From assembly GCF_009914755.1 (NCBI RefSeq), contig NC_060940.1: a stretch of 64,000 nt of DNA. One strand, 5' to 3'. Position numbers and translations under genes: made by a program. Each line of letters opens with the position of its first letter. Positions within the stretch are counted from its first letter, which is position 1. Below the pieces are notes generated by a model. That model searched no databases, was not told the origin of the DNA, and saw only the letters and a program-made list of their open reading frames with translations. Of the stretch, positions 1 to 19,638 are shown one piece after another. The stretch is from the human T2T-CHM13v2.0 reference genome, Homo sapiens.

Positions 1-494
1 GGGAGGTGGAGGCTGCAGTGAGCCGAGATTGCGCCACTGCACTCCAACTTGGGCAACAGAGTGAGACTCTGCCTTGGAAAAAAAAATTTAAAAAATAAGA
101 ATAGTTTTGTTGAGATATTCGTATGCCATAAAATCCACCCTTTGAAAGAGTCCAATAAGGTGCATTTTAGTTTCTTCAGAGTTGTGCAATGATGACCACT
201 ATCTAATTTCAGAATATTGTGATCACCCTCCCCTACTAAAATCCTGAACCCATTAGCAGTCACTTCCCATCTCCCCCTCCACCAAGCCCCTGGCAACTCT
301 GAATCTACTCTTTGCTTCTGTGGGTTTGCCTATTCTTGACCTTTCATATAAATTGAGTCACACAATATGTGACCTGTTCTGTCTGCTTCTTTCACTGAGC
401 ATACTGTTTTCAGTGCTCATCCTAGTTGGAACATGAACCAGTATTTCATTCATTTTTATTGCTGAATAATGTTCTGTTGTATGGCTATACCACA

Positions 495-897
495 TGTAGT
501 GTGGCAGGTCCCCCATCAGGTTACTTGGAGGTGTATATCCACTGCTTGAATCCTGAATGCTGGGTGGTGAGCCAAGGCCATGGTGCCCAGCCTAGGAGCA
601 GATATTCCTGAGAACTCAAACATCCTGGAGAGGATCTGAGAATCTACCAAGGAAAACAGTCCCACTGCATACACGCAGTAGGCAAAGAGCTAGAAAATTA
701 GCTTAAAAATGGCTTAGAGATGGGAGGTGGCGCGGATCTCTAGCACTGTCCTGCTGCTGTCAAGGAGTGTCCCGTATGTAAGTCCTCAAACTCATCTACT
801 CGCCAAGCTGGACTTGCCTGAGTCATTCTCTGGTCTCTCAACTGCCTCCAAGTTTGGGGGAAGGTTTTTCGTACAATTCAGTGTTTTTCTCATTACA
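495..897 (+). mobile_element. ERVL-class solo LTR (LTR32-like; subfamily uncertain) inserted in an old L1
   Basis: TG...CA ends with perfect 5-bp TSD ccaca (490-494 / 898-902). Confidence 0.75.
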
Positions 898-1004
898 CCA
901 CATTTTTTTATCTGTTCAGTAGTTGATATTTGTGTTATTTTTTCTTTTTGGCTACTGTGAATAATGGTGCTGTGAACATTCATGTACAAGGTTGTTTTAT
1001 TTGA

Positions 1005-1163
<159 letters not shown>

Positions 1164-1424
1164 TAGTAGAAATGGGGTTTCATCATGTTGGCCAGGCTGG
1201 TATCGAGCTCCTGACCTTGGGTGATCCGCCTACCTCGGCCTCCCTCATGGACTAGTTTTTGTGTGGACATATGTTTTCATTTCTCTTGGGTATACATGTA
1301 GAAGTGGAATTGATGGATCAGATGGTAACTCTATGTTTAACCTTTTAAAAATTATTTTATTGGCCGGGTGCGGTGGCTCACGCCTGTAATCCCAGCACTT
1401 TGGGAGGCTGAGGCGGGTGGATCA

Positions 1425-1720
<296 letters not shown>

Positions 1721-4609
1721 TCAGCACAAAATCCTGGGCTCAAGTGATCCTCCCACCTCAGTCTCCCAAGTAGCCAGGACTGCAGATGTGTGCCACCATG
1801 TCCAGCTAATTTTTAAATTTTTTGCAAAGACAGGGTCTTGCTGTGTTGTCCAGGCTAGTCTTGAATTCCTGGGCTCAGGCAATCCTTCCACCTCAGCCTC
1901 CCAAAGTGCTAGGAATACAGGTGTGAGACACTGTGCTACTCCTACAACTGTTTTGTATATTGATCTTACACCCTACAATTCTGTTGAACTTATTTACTAG
2001 CTCTAATAGTTTTATTAGTGGAATCTTCAACATAAGATTATAAAACCTGTAAATAGAGATAATTTTATATCTTCCTTTCTAATCTGGATTCCTTTTATTT
2101 TCTAGCCTTGACTGTACCAGAACCTCCAGTACAATGTTGAATGAAGTGATGAGAGTGGACATCCTTGTTTTGTTCCTTGTTTCAGGAGACAATCATTCAG
2201 CGGTTCATTATTAAGTATGATGTTGCCTGTGGATTATTTGTAGATGCCTTTTATCAGGGTAGGAATTTCCTGTGTATTCCTAGTGTGTTGAGTGTTTTTT
2301 ATCATGAATGGGTGTTGGATTTTGTCAAATGGTGGGGTTTTTTTTCTGCTTCTATTGAGATGATTATGTGATGTTTCTACTTTATTTTATCGATGTGGTA
2401 TGTACATTGATTTTCCTATGTTGAATCAATTTTGCATTCCTGGGATTAATATTTCTTGGTGATGGTGTAGTCTATGTGAAGCTGTCAAATCCTCAGTTTT
2501 TCTTGGTGGGAAGTCTTTGGATTCTTCATTCAATCTCTTAATTGTAAGTCTATTCAAATTTTCTATTTCTCTTTGAGTCAGTTTTGGTAGTGTTTTTCTT
2601 TGAGATGGGGTCTCACTCTGTCACCCAGGCTGGAGTGCAGTGGCACGATCTTGGCTAACTGCAACCTTTGCCTCCTGAGCTCAAGTGATCCTCCCACCTC
2701 CCAAGTAGCTGGGACCACAGGCATGTGCCACCACACCTGGCTAATTTTCTGTATTTCTGGTAAAGATGGAATTTTGCCATGTTGGCCAGGCTGGTGTCGA
2801 ACTCCTGACCTCAAGTGATCTGCCCGCCTTGGCCTCCCAAAGTGCTGGGATTACAGGTGTGAGCCACCACGCCTAGCCAGTTTGGGTTAGTGTTTTTCTA
2901 GGAATTTGTCCATTTAATGTAGGTTATCTGGCTTGTTGGCATATATTTTTCATAGTATTCTCTTATAATCCTTTTTATTTCTATAAGGGCAGTATTAATG
3001 GCTTTTATTTCATTCCTGATTTTAGCAATATGAGTCTTCTCTTTCTTGGTCAGTGTAGTTAAAGCTTTGTCAGTTGTATTGATTCTTAAAAAGAAACAAT
3101 TTTTTTATTTTGTTGATTTTCTCTATTTTTCTATTGTGTTTCCTGTATTTTAGCTCTAGTTTTTATTATTTTCTTTTCTTCTGCTTGCTTTGGGTTTAAT
3201 TTGATCTTTTATTTACAGTTTCTTAAGATGGAACATTAGGTTATTGAATTAAGATCTTTCTTCTTTCTTTTTTTTTTTTTGACGGAGTCTCGCTTTGTCG
3301 CACAGGCTGGAGTGCAGTAGTGCGATCTCGGCTCGCTGCAACCTCTGCCTCCTGGGTTGAAGTGATTCTCCTGCCTCAGCCTCCCATGTAGCTGGGATTA
3401 CAGGCACGTGCCACCACGCCTGGTAATTTTTTGTATTTTTAGTAGAGATGGGGTTTTACCACGCTGGCCAGACTGGTCTCGAATTCCTGACCTCAGGTGA
3501 TCCACCTGCCTTGGCCTCCCAAACTGCTTGGATTACAGGCATGAGCCAACGCACCTGGCCAACATCTTTCTTCTTTTTTTAACACAGGCATTTATAGCTA
3601 CGCACTGCTTTAACTACTTCCCAGAAGATTTGATATGTGTTTTCATTTTCATTAAAATATTTTCTATTTTCCCTTGTGATTTCTTCTTTAACTGATGCTA
3701 TTCAGTAGTATATTGTTCAACATCCATGTATTTATAAATTTCCCAAATTTCCTTTTGTGATTGATTCCTAGTTTCATTCCACTGTGGTCGGAGAACATAC
3801 TTTGTGTGATTTCAGTCCTTTTATGTTTATGGAGGCTTGTTTTATGGCCTAATGTATGGGCTACTCTGGAGAATGTTCCATGTGCATTTGAGAAGACTGC
3901 ATATTCTGCTCTTGTTGGGTCAAGTGTTCTATAGATTGTCTATTAGGTGTAGCTGGTTGATTTATGGTATCGTTGAAGCCTTCTCTTTTCTTGTTGACCT
4001 TCTGCCTAGTTGTTATATCCATTCTTGAAAGTATGAGGCTGGGAGCAGTGGCTCATGCCCATAATCCAATCACTTTTGGAGGCTGAGGCAGGAGGATTGT
4101 TGAACTCAGTAGTTTGAGACCAGCCTGGGCAACATAGTGACATCTCATTTCTACTAAAAATTAAAAAAATTAGCCAGGTGTGGTGGCACATGCCTGTGGT
4201 CCCAACTACTCAGGAAGATGAGATGGGAGCATTGCTTGAGCCCAGGAAGTTTGAGACTGGAATGAGTTGTGCTCACGCCACTGCACTCCAGCCTGGGTGA
4301 CAGAGCAAGACCCCATCTCAAAAAAAAAAAAAAAAAAAAAAGATTGTCTTTTGTCAACAGCATGTAGTTGGATCTTTTAAATAAAAAAATCCCTTCTGCT
4401 AGTATCTGTCTTTTAATTGTAGTGTTTAATTCATTTACATTTAATGTAATTACTAGTAAGGTAGGCTTTACATCTGCCATCGTGCTGTTTGTTTTCTATA
4501 TGTCTTTTGGTTGTTGTTGTTGTTATTCCTCTGTTCCTCCATTATTGTCTTATTTTGTGTTAAGTACATATTTTCTAGTCTATCATTTTATTCCCTTGTG
4601 ATATTTTAC

Positions 4610-5276
<667 letters not shown>

Positions 5277-6614
5277 TTTACTATATACAGTTTTGAGTGA
5301 TTTTCTTAGTGGTTGCCCTGTGGATTATAATTAATGTTAGTACAACAATCTAGTTAGAATTAATACCAATTTAATTCACTTGGTTCCAAATCTTTGCTTC
5401 TATATCCTTTTGTTCTCTTCCCCTATATGTTACTTCAGTATGACAAGAGTTTATATACATTATAAACCCATCAACATAGTTTTACTGTTAAATTAAAAAA
5501 ATTCTTTTTCTGACAGAGGGTCTCACTCTGTCATGCAGGCTGGAGTGCAGTGGCACAATGCTGACTCACTGCAACCTCTGTCTCCCGGGTTCAAGCTATT
5601 CTCCCACCTCAGCCTCCTGAGTAGCTGGGACTACAGGCATGCATTACCACTAAAAATACCTAATTTTTGTATTTTTAGTAGAGACAGGGTTTCACCATGT
5701 TGGCCAGGCTGCTCTCAAACTCCTGACCTCAAATTATCTGCCCACCTTGGCCTCCCAAAGTGCTGGGATTACAGGCATGAGCCACTGAGCTTGGCTCCAT
5801 CAACATAGTTTTATAATTCTTACTTTATGCAGTTGCCTTTTAAATGAGAGAGCATGGCCAGGTGTGATGGCTCATGCCTGTCATCCCAGCACTTTGAGAG
5901 GTGGATATGAGTGGATCACTTAAGCCCAGGAGTTTGAGATCAGCCAGGGCAACAAGGTGAAACCCCATCTCTACCAAAAAAAAAAAAAAAATTAGCTGGG
6001 TATGGGGGTGTGCACCTGTAGTCCCAGCTACTGGAGAGGCTGAGGCGGGAGAACTGCTGAGCCTCGGAGGCAGAGGTTGTAGTGAGCTGAGGTTGCACCA
6101 CTGTACTCCAGCCTGGGGGACAGAGCAAGACTGTGTTTTAAAAAATAAAAAATAAGTAGGGAACACAAGAAAAGTGTTATACACAAAAAAATGCATTTGT
6201 ACTACTTTTAATATTTACTATGTAGTTACTTTTACTGGTGCTCTTTATTTCTTCATTCAAATTACTGTCTAGTGTCCTGTTATTTCAGCCTTAAGGATTT
6301 CCTTGAATATTTCTTATAGGACAGATCTGCTAGCAACAATTTTCTCTGTTTTCATCTGGGAATGTCTTAATTTCTCTGTTTTTGAAGGATAGTTTTGCTG
6401 GATGCAGAATTCTTAATTTATGGTCTTTTTCTTTGAGCACTTTGCATGTGTCTCCTCACTGCCTCCGGCCTCCATGGTTTCTGATGAGAAACCAGTTGTT
6501 AAGCTCACTGAGGAGCCCGGTATGTGTTCCTTCTCTTGCTGCTTTCAAATTTCTCTCTTTGACTTTGGATAGTTTATGATGTTTCTAGGTATGGATCTCT
6601 TTAAGATTATCTTA

Positions 6615-6927
<313 letters not shown>

Positions 6928-8833
6928 TTAGAGTTTCTTGGATGTGTAGATAATGTTTTTCTCAACTTTGGAAAGTTTTCCATCATTATTTCTTCAAATA
7001 TTCTTTCTGCTCCCTTCTCGCTCTCTTGAGACAGCCATTATGTATATGTTGGTATGCCTGATGGTGTCTCACAGGTCTCTGAAATTCTGTTCATTTTTCT
7101 TCATTCTTTTTTTTTGAGACAGTCTGGTTCAGTCACCGAGGCCGGAGTGCAGTGTTGTGATCTTGGCTTACTGCAACCTCCCTCTCCTGGGTTCAAGTGA
7201 TTCTCATGTCTCAGCCTCCTGAGTAGCTGGGATTACAGGCACATGCCACCATGCTCGACTAATTTCCATATTTTTAGTAGAGACGGGGTTTCACCTTGTT
7301 GGCCAGGCTGGTGTGGAACTCCTGGCTTCAAGTGATCTGCCCTCCTCAGCCTCCCAAAGTGCTGGGATTACAGGTACAGCCAGCCCTCATTTTTCTTCAT
7401 TTTTTTTCTTTCTCTTCCATAGGCCGGATAATCTCAATTGATGTATCCTCATGTTCAGTGATTCTTCTGTCAGCACAAATTTACTATTGAGCCCTTGTAT
7501 TAAATTTTTAATTTCAGTTATTACTGTACTTTTTAACTCCAGAATTTCTATTTGGGTCTTTTTAATAATATCTATTCATTGATAGTCTCTATATGACAGG
7601 ACGCTGTTCTCATACTTTTCTGTAGTTGTTCAGACATAATTTCCTTTCACTCTTTGCCTATGTGATTCCAAGTCTTTGTCTAGTAAGTCTAATGCCTGGG
7701 CTTGGGCTTCCTCAGGGACAGTTTCTATTGACTGCTTTTTTCCCTATGTATGGACCATACTTTCCCATTTCTTTACATTTTTCATAATGTTTTTGAAGAC
7801 TAGACATTGAAAAATAATATAATATGGAAATCCAAAAATTGGAGTTTGTTGCTGCTACCTTTTCTGTAGTGACCTTCCTGGACTAATTCTTTAAAGTCTG
7901 TATTCTTTGCTGTGTGTGGCCACTGAAGTCTCCTCTGAGTTAGTTTAGTGAATTTGATAGATTTCCTTAAATGCCTTGAACCAGTAAGTATCCCAGCCCG
8001 TTTGATTTTAATTCTCTGGTTGGCAGTTTATCCCTCTGTCCTGGACTTCACTTTCTGCTTGCACAGAGCCTCAAGGCCAGCCAGAAGTGAGAGATTAGGA
8101 TGTTCTTAGATCTTACCTGGACATGTGCACAGCCTGTGCCTGTTCATGGTTTTCTAGTTTTCCAGGAGAATGACAAACTTTTACTTACTTACTTCTTTTT
8201 TTTTTTTTTTGAGACAGAGTCTCACTCTGTTGCCCAGCCTGGAGTGCAGTGGCACAATCTTGGCTCACTGCAATATCCCCCTCCCGGTTCAAGCAATTCT
8301 CCCACCTCAGCCTCCCGAGTAGCTGGGACTACAGGTGTGCGCCATCATGCCCAGCTAATTTTTTTGCATTTTTTCATAGAGACTGGCTTTCACCATGTTG
8401 GCCAGGCTGGTCTTGAACTCCTGACCTCAAGTATCTGCCTGCCTTGGCTTCTCAAAGCACTGGGATTACAGTTGTGAGCCACTGCGCCTGGTCCTTACTT
8501 ATTGAGACAGGATCTCACTCTGTCATCCAGGCTTGAGTGCAGTGGCATTATCATGGCTCACTGCAGCTTTGACCTCATGGGCTCAAGTGATCCTCCTGCC
8601 TTTGTCTCCCAAAATGTCGGGATTTTAGGTGTGAGCCACTCAAAACTTTTTAAAGGCCTCTATAGACAATTCATTCCCCAGCTTTTTTCTTTTGAAGTTA
8701 TTTTTTTTTCTTTCTTAGTTTTTTTGAAACCAACTCTTGCTCTGTCACCCGGGCTGGAGTGCAGTGGAAAGATCTCGGCTCACTGCAACCTCCGCCTCCC
8801 AGTTCAAGTGAGTCTCATGCCTCAGCCTCCTGA

Positions 8834-9007
<174 letters not shown>

Positions 9008-9197
9008 TGACACCAGTTTTGAGTCTTTTGGTTTTTAAGGCTACCATGGAGCTGGGAGGAGGGGGATGGGAATAGGGCGTTAAATGCTACAAGTCTTGCC
9101 GTTCTTACTGAGGTTGTCATTTTTCTTGAATAAACTCTCCTGGGATTGTTGGAAGCCTTTGCTTCATTCCCAGAATGTTGATTTTGGCAATTTTTGA

Positions 9198-9609
<412 letters not shown>

Positions 9610-10109
9610 TAGAGTAAGAGTTTGGATGGGGATCAATGTTCATATTGATGCAACCGAATTGAGATGGAGCAGATGACATTGTTCCTTAAACCGCTTTGCC
9701 TACAGGATCCAGTAATTCCTTAAGAAGACATAATGCACTTGGTGGTGTGGCCTCTGCCTGCCCTGCTAGACAGATCTCTTGCTACTCCAATTTTTAAGCT
9801 CTAACTTGCTTCCAGGCCTTCCATTATGCTTTTGCATCTGCTGTGGAATATCCTAAACTGGACCAACTTAGAATAGGTCTTCAGACATTTGTTGAAATTG
9901 AGAAAGAGAAGCTTTTTTTCTTTCTCTCTTTCTCTTTTTTTTTTTTTTTTTTGAGAGGGAGTGGAGTTATTAAAAACTCCTGGAGCTGCTAGTGAGTATC
10001 TTCTCACTGTTGAGAGGATGGCCTTCTCAAGAATGAAGCCAGTACCCGCCAGGCGCTGTGGCTCACGCCTGTAATCCCACCACTTTGGGAGGCCGAGGCA
10101 GGTGGATCA

Positions 10110-10331
<222 letters not shown>

Positions 10332-13011
10332 TCAAAAAATAAAAATAAAAAAAAAAAAGAAGAAGAATGAAGCCAGTGCCAGAAGACGAAGAATGAAGCC
10401 AGTGCCAGCACCAGCAGCAAAAAAAGTGAAGCTGACAAATGGAGGCAGATTCTTGGCAACATAGAGCACTTGGCTCTGGCTGTTGGACCTACCAGCTAGA
10501 GAGCTAGAGCTACCGTTATATCAGCCTTGGGCTGTTCTCCAGTACATGTACATGAGGTAATTCCCTTTTTATTCTTGTGCCAGTCAAGCTGGCTTTTGGC
10601 ACTTGCAACCAAAGGAGCCCTAATTGGTAAAGTCTATAGTGTCAAAGCCAAGATGGGGAAAAACAATAAAGGGTGCCTTCGAGTTCTAAGCACAAATGAC
10701 CTGCCACAGTACTTGCTCAAAAATATTTATTGAAGGTTGCTATGGGCATCAAATAATCAAATAAGATCATGTACTTTTTTTTTTTTTTTTTTTGAGACGG
10801 AGTCTCACTGTTGGCCATGCTGGAGTGCAATGGTGCCATCTCGGCTCACTGCAACCTCCGCCTCCTGGGTTCAAGCGATTCTCCCTGCCTCAGCGTCCCA
10901 AGTAGCTGGGATTACAGGTGCCCGCCACCACACCTGGCTAATTTTTGTGTTTTTAGTAATGATGGGGTTTCACCATGTTGGCCAGGCTGGTCTCGAACTC
11001 CTGACCTCAAGTGATCTGCCTGCCTCGGCCTCCCAAGGCCTCCCAAAGTGCTGTGATTACAGGCATGAGGCACCGCGCCTGGCCGATCATGTCCATTTTT
11101 AAGTGCCATGTAAATAAAGGTAAGGGATTGTTAAATATAAGCCTGACAGAAATTCTCAGCTGCAATTCCTTCACATTGCTCCAGGAATTGGTCTGAAAAG
11201 ATCTTTGGATATTGAGTAACTTCCTTTTTTAGATTTGGACATTTAGAGAATGGCCTTCATTTTTTTTCTTTAGTGTACATATACTTTTTACAAAAATCTT
11301 TTTTGAGATGGAGTCTCTCTGTCCCCCAGGCTGAAGTGCCATGGTGCGATCTCGGCTCACGGTAACCTCCAGCTTCCAGGTTCAAGCGATCCTCCCACCT
11401 CAGCCTCCTGAGTAGCTGAGACTATAGGCCGTGTGCCACCACACCCAACTAATTTTTGTATTTTTAGTAGAGTTGTGGTTTCACCATGTTGCCCAGGCAA
11501 GTGATCCTCCTGCCTTGGCCTCCCAAAGTGCTGGGATTATAGGTGTGAGCCACCACGCCTGGCCTATATTTTTTAATTAAAAAAAATTCTTTTTTAGAGA
11601 CAAGGTCTCATTATGTTACCCAGACTGGACTTAAACTCCTGGACCCAAGTGATCCTCCTGCCTCAGCCTCCCAAATAGCTGGGACCACAGGCCTATGCTA
11701 CTGCATCCAGTTAGAGAATGGCCTTCCTGTCTGCAGATTCCCCAAACCTACCACCTCACTGGGGACTTGACAGCAAGTTTTTACTGTTTTAAAACGAAAC
11801 CATGTGGTTTTGTTTTTATCTTCCGCTTATTTCCTAAGCTCTGCCAACTCACTTATTCTCTTTTTATTGTTTTTTTTCCTTCCTTGATCTCTACGTTACA
11901 TAATTGTCTTTCAGTGCTTTCAACATATGTGAGAATCTGTGGCCAAAATTTCCATTTTCTTTGTGGCATTATTTTGCTTTCTTTGGTATGCTCATTTGCC
12001 TTGTTTCTCCCACTCCTTTTTTTCTCCTAGTATGTTTTAAAGCTTATTTTAGGGCCGGACTTGGTGGCTCATGCCTGTAATCCCAACACTTTGGGAGGCC
12101 GAGGTGGGCGGATCATGAGGTCAAGAGATTGAGACCATCCTGGCCAACATGATGAAACCCCATCTCTACTAAAAATACAAAAATTAGCCGGGCATGGTGG
12201 CACACGCCTGTAATCTCAGCTACTTGGGAGGTTGAGGCAGGAGAATCGCTTGAACCCAGGAGGCGGAGGTTGTGGTGAGCCAAATTGTGCCACTGTACTC
12301 CAGCCTAGCGACAGAGCAAGATTTCATCTCAAAAAAAAAAAAAAAAAAAAATTGAAGGGTAAGACACATATAGCAAAGTGACTAAAATATACTAAATTCA
12401 GCACATCCTGATGAATTTTTACTTATGTATTCACTTTTGTAACCATGACCCAGAGCAAGATTTAAAACATTTATAGCACAGCTCTTATAGCTTTTTTTTT
12501 CTTATCCCTATGACAGATTAAGCAATTTTTTTTTTCTTTTGGAGATGGGATATCACTATGCTGCCCAGGCTGGTCTTGAACTCCTGGGCTTAAGCAATCC
12601 TCCTGCCTCATCCCCTCAAAGTGCTGGGATTACAGGTGTGAGTCACTGAGTCCGGCCACATTAAGCATTTTTAATAGATTTTGTGCTGGTTCTTTAAAAA
12701 AATATATTTACTTTTATGTTAGGAACAACTTTACATGTAATAAATTTTAATTGAAATTTTTACAAGTGTTTATACATACATGCAACCACCACTCAGATTG
12801 ATACAGAATGTTTCCAGCATCTCAGAAGCCTCTCTTGTATCCCAGGTAATATCCCCCTCTAGAAAAGGCAACCACTAGTCTGGCTGATGTCACCATAGAT
12901 TAGTTTTGCCAGTTCATGAACTTCATATAAATTAAATTATACAGTATTTGCTCACTGGAGTCTAGTTTCTTTTGGTCAATACTATGAGATTCATCCAGGT
13001 TGCTCTAAGTA

Positions 13012-13120
13012 GCTATACATATATACACACACATATATATATAGCAATATATATGTACACACACATATATATAGCTATATATATACACACATATATATAG
13101 CTATATATATACACACACAC

Positions 13121-13153
<33 letters not shown>

Positions 13154-13156
13154 TGT
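13012..13156. repeat. Compound (TA)n/(CA)n microsatellite
   Basis: Read directly from the sequence. Confidence 0.9.
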
Positions 13157-13328
13157 ATTCCCCCCATGACTGTGAATTTTAAGAAACTATTCCTTTTTTT
13201 TTCTTTTTTTTTTTTTTTTGAGACAGAGACTCGCTCTGTCACCCAAGCTGGAGTTCAGTGGCACAATCTTGGCTCGCTGCAACCTCCGCCTCCCAGGTTC
13301 AAGTGATTCTTCTGCCTCAGCCTCCTAA

Positions 13329-13565
<237 letters not shown>

Positions 13566-13578
13566 TAGTGTTGGCAAT

Positions 13579-14255
<677 letters not shown>

Positions 14256-14369
14256 GCAATTAAGAATAGGTATTGTGTATGTTCTTGTTCATGTCTTTGG
14301 GTTGACATATACAAATTTCTCTTGAGTGTATACCTAAGAATGGAATTGCTGGGTCATAGGATAGGAATA

Positions 14370-15274
<905 letters not shown>

Positions 15275-17223
15275 GCCTATGTGTAGCTTTAGTAAATTCC
15301 AACAGTATTTACTCCACTGGCAAAGTGAGAGTTCTAGTTACACATCTTCACCAGTCTTGGTGGTGTTTGTCTTAATTTTAGCCATTTAGGTGGGTGCGTC
15401 TAATAGAGGTTTTGTGTTTCCCTGATGAATGATACTGAACACTTTTTCATATGCTTTGAATATGCATAAATTCAAATTTGTATATCCTCTTTTGTGACTT
15501 GCCTGTTCAAGTCTCTTGCTCATTTTAAAAACTGGATTGTCTTATTGATTTGGAATAGTTCTGGATATATCTGGATTCTAGTTTTATTTTTTTAAGACAG
15601 GGCCTCACTCTGTCGCCCAGGATGGAGTGCAGTGGCACAATCATGGCTCACTGCAGCCTCGACTTCCTTGGGCTCAAGTGATCCTCCTACCTCAGCCTTC
15701 TGAGGAGCTGGGACTACAGGTATGCACCATCACTTCCGACTAATTTTGTATTTTCAGTAGAGATGGGGATTTGCCATGTTGCCCAGGCTGGTCTCAAACT
15801 CCTGGGCTCAAGAGATCCACCTGCCTAAGCCTCCTAAAGTGCTAGAATTACAGGTGTGAGCCACCACTCCTGGCTTGGATTTTGGTGTTATTTATATGTG
15901 CTGTCAATATATTCTCCATCTGAAGACTGCTTTTTCACTTTATTGGTTTCCTTTGTGGAACAAAAATCCTTGATTTTGATGAAGTCTAATTATGGTCAGT
16001 GCTTTTTATGTCGTTTAAGAAACATTTGCCTAAAGTTTTGAAGATTTTTTTTTTTTTTTTTTTTGAGATGGAGTCTCACTCTGTCGCCTACGCTGGAGTG
16101 CAGGGGCACAATCTTGGCTCACTGCAACCTCCGCCTCCCGGATTCAAGTCAAGCAATTCTCCTGCCTCAGCCTCCTGAGTAGCTGGGATTGCAGACGTGT
16201 GCCACCACACCCGGCTAATTTTTGTATTTTTAGTAGAGATGGGGTTTCACCATGTTGGTCAGGCTGGTCTTGAACTCCTGACCTCGTGATCCACCTGCCT
16301 CGGCCACCCAAAGTGCTGGGATTACAGGAGTGAGCCACCGCGCCCAGCTCCCCCTTTTTTTTAAGACGGAGTTTCACTCTTGTTGACCAGGCTGGAGTTC
16401 AATGATGGCGATCTCAGCTCACTGCAACCTTCATCTCCTGGGTTCAAGTGATCCTCCTGCCTCAGACTCCTGAGTAGTTGGGATTACAGGCACATGCCAC
16501 CATGGCCCGGCTAATTTTTATATTTTTTTCGTAGAGACGGGGTTTTACCACATTGGCCAGGCTGGTCTCGAACTCCTGACCCTCAGGTGATCCGCCCACC
16601 TCGGCTTCCCAAAGTGTTGCGGTTACAGGCATGAGCCTTTTTTACAGGCATCCGGCCCTGTTTTCTTTTTTTTAGAGACAGAGTCTCACTATGTTGCCCA
16701 GTCTGGTCTTGAACACCTGGGCTTAAGCAACCCTCCTGCCTCAGCCTCCCAAAGAGCTAGGATTACAGGCATGAGCCATGGTGCCTGCGCCTACTTTTTT
16801 TTCTAGAAGCTTTATTGTTTCACTTTCCACATTTAAGTCTGTGATGCATCTTGAATAAACTTTTGTATATGTTGTTAAGTAGGGGGTCAAAGTTCATTCT
16901 TTCCATTTAGATCATAGTTCACTGCAGCCTCAAACTCCGGGGCTCAAGTGATCCTCCCACCTCAGCCTCTTGGGTAGTTGGGTACAGGCCCAAGTCACTG
17001 CGCCCAGCCAAAATTATATTAGTAGTACAATCTCTACCACGTAAATATTTGCACAGAAAAACCAAGGGAAGATAATTCAATACAAACAACTGTTATCTCC
17101 ACATGGTAGGCATTTGAGGAATTTAAAATTTTCTAAAATGAGCATACCCTACTGTTATCAATAAAAACTACTGTTTTCAACATTTTTATAAGATATCTTG
17201 AAAAAGAAACAATTGGTCTTTCA

Positions 17224-17451
<228 letters not shown>

Positions 17452-18049
17452 TTAGAATAAACTCTCAAGTTGGCTGAGTAAGTTGGACTTTGGTTGTTTA
17501 GATGTATACCTGAAACAGTTCAGGCTGATAGTTCCCCATGGCTGATCTATGGGTGAGCTATATTTGAATCAACTGCAGTTTTTCTTTTAATTTAAAAAAA
17601 TAGATTGTCAAGCTTTCTCTTAGACATGCTGAATCAGAATGCCTAAGAGGTGAGGCCAGAGAACCAGTACTTTAAATAAATGATCTAGATTTGGGAACTA
17701 TTCTACCTTGAATTATAATGAAACCAAGGTATGACTATTCTCTCTGAGCTGGCAAACTACTATCAGATTGGAGAATGTTAACATTTTAGACCAGACTAGG
17801 GAGCTAGGAAAAGGCTGTGGGCCAATGTTCTGACCTTCTCAGAAAACCATCAAGCTGCAGACACCACATGATGAATGGGACTTAGTCCAGTGTAAGGTGG
17901 TAGTACCCATGTTTAAAAATAACAAGGTCAGGCTGGGTGCAGTGGCTCATGCCTGTAATCCCAGCACTTCAGGAGGCTGAGGTGGGCGGATTACGAGGTC
18001 AGGAGATCAAGACCATCCTGGCCAACATGGTGGAACCCCGTCTTTACTA

Positions 18050-18259
<210 letters not shown>

Positions 18260-18674
18260 TCAACCATTTTTGCTCCAGACAGGGAGAACTTCAGTTTCTC
18301 CTAACTTAGGCAGTCAGTACCTTTGCAGAGCAGCGGACTAATATGTCTATTGTTTCCCCTTTTCAGATAAAGACATCCAGTGAACCAGTCCTTTCACATA
18401 TCCTTTCACCACCTTGGAATGTCCACTAGTAACAGGAACACAGAGAAGCAAAGAGTCAGAGCGACCCCTGACCTGCCATGCAGTGTGTCCCTCAGGAGAA
18501 GGCAAGGGGGAAAGAACAAGTTGAGCCTGCTTGCCCATCCCAGCAACCATGGGGACACTGTGGAGGGTCCCTGGGCCTGGCTCCTGCTCCATTGCTTATC
18601 TGGCTGGTCACTCTCCCACAATGAAAGGCTCCTTGCACTGAATGAAAGGGACAAAATACCGTAAGCAGGACTGA

Positions 18675-19091
<417 letters not shown>

Positions 19092-19638
19092 TAATTTTTT
19101 AAAAATTGAACCAGTTGCCAACTTTTAAGCACCAACAGATCAACCATAGAAATCAAGATTTCCATTTTTCTTGAAAAATGTAAGACCTACCACCTTGGGC
19201 GTTCATCCTCACAGCTCCTGTCACTTCACTACTGCTCCTCAATGCTGAGGATGAGGGTTGATCACCACTGATCAACTTAAATCCAGTTCACAACACTTTT
19301 TTATTTACGTTACCTTCTTGGCTCCTATAGACCACTGAAGTTGTCACTTCTCCTCCACCCCTTCTACCCTTTGCCTATATCCACAGGATCCTTCATGGGA
19401 CTCCACTTGTTCCCCACAAGGTCCAAGGGATTACACCCACATTCTCAGCATCTTCGGACTGGACAAACTGAATGGCAACATGAAGAAAACGACGAATCTT
19501 CAGCCAATATTTGGAATAGTGGATACATCTACTGGCTTATGATCAGCTACACGATTCCAAACTCCTACCCCTTTATTTATTTACCCACTCCTACCCCTTC
19601 CTCCCATTAAAGAAAAAAGATAACTTAGTAGACAGTAG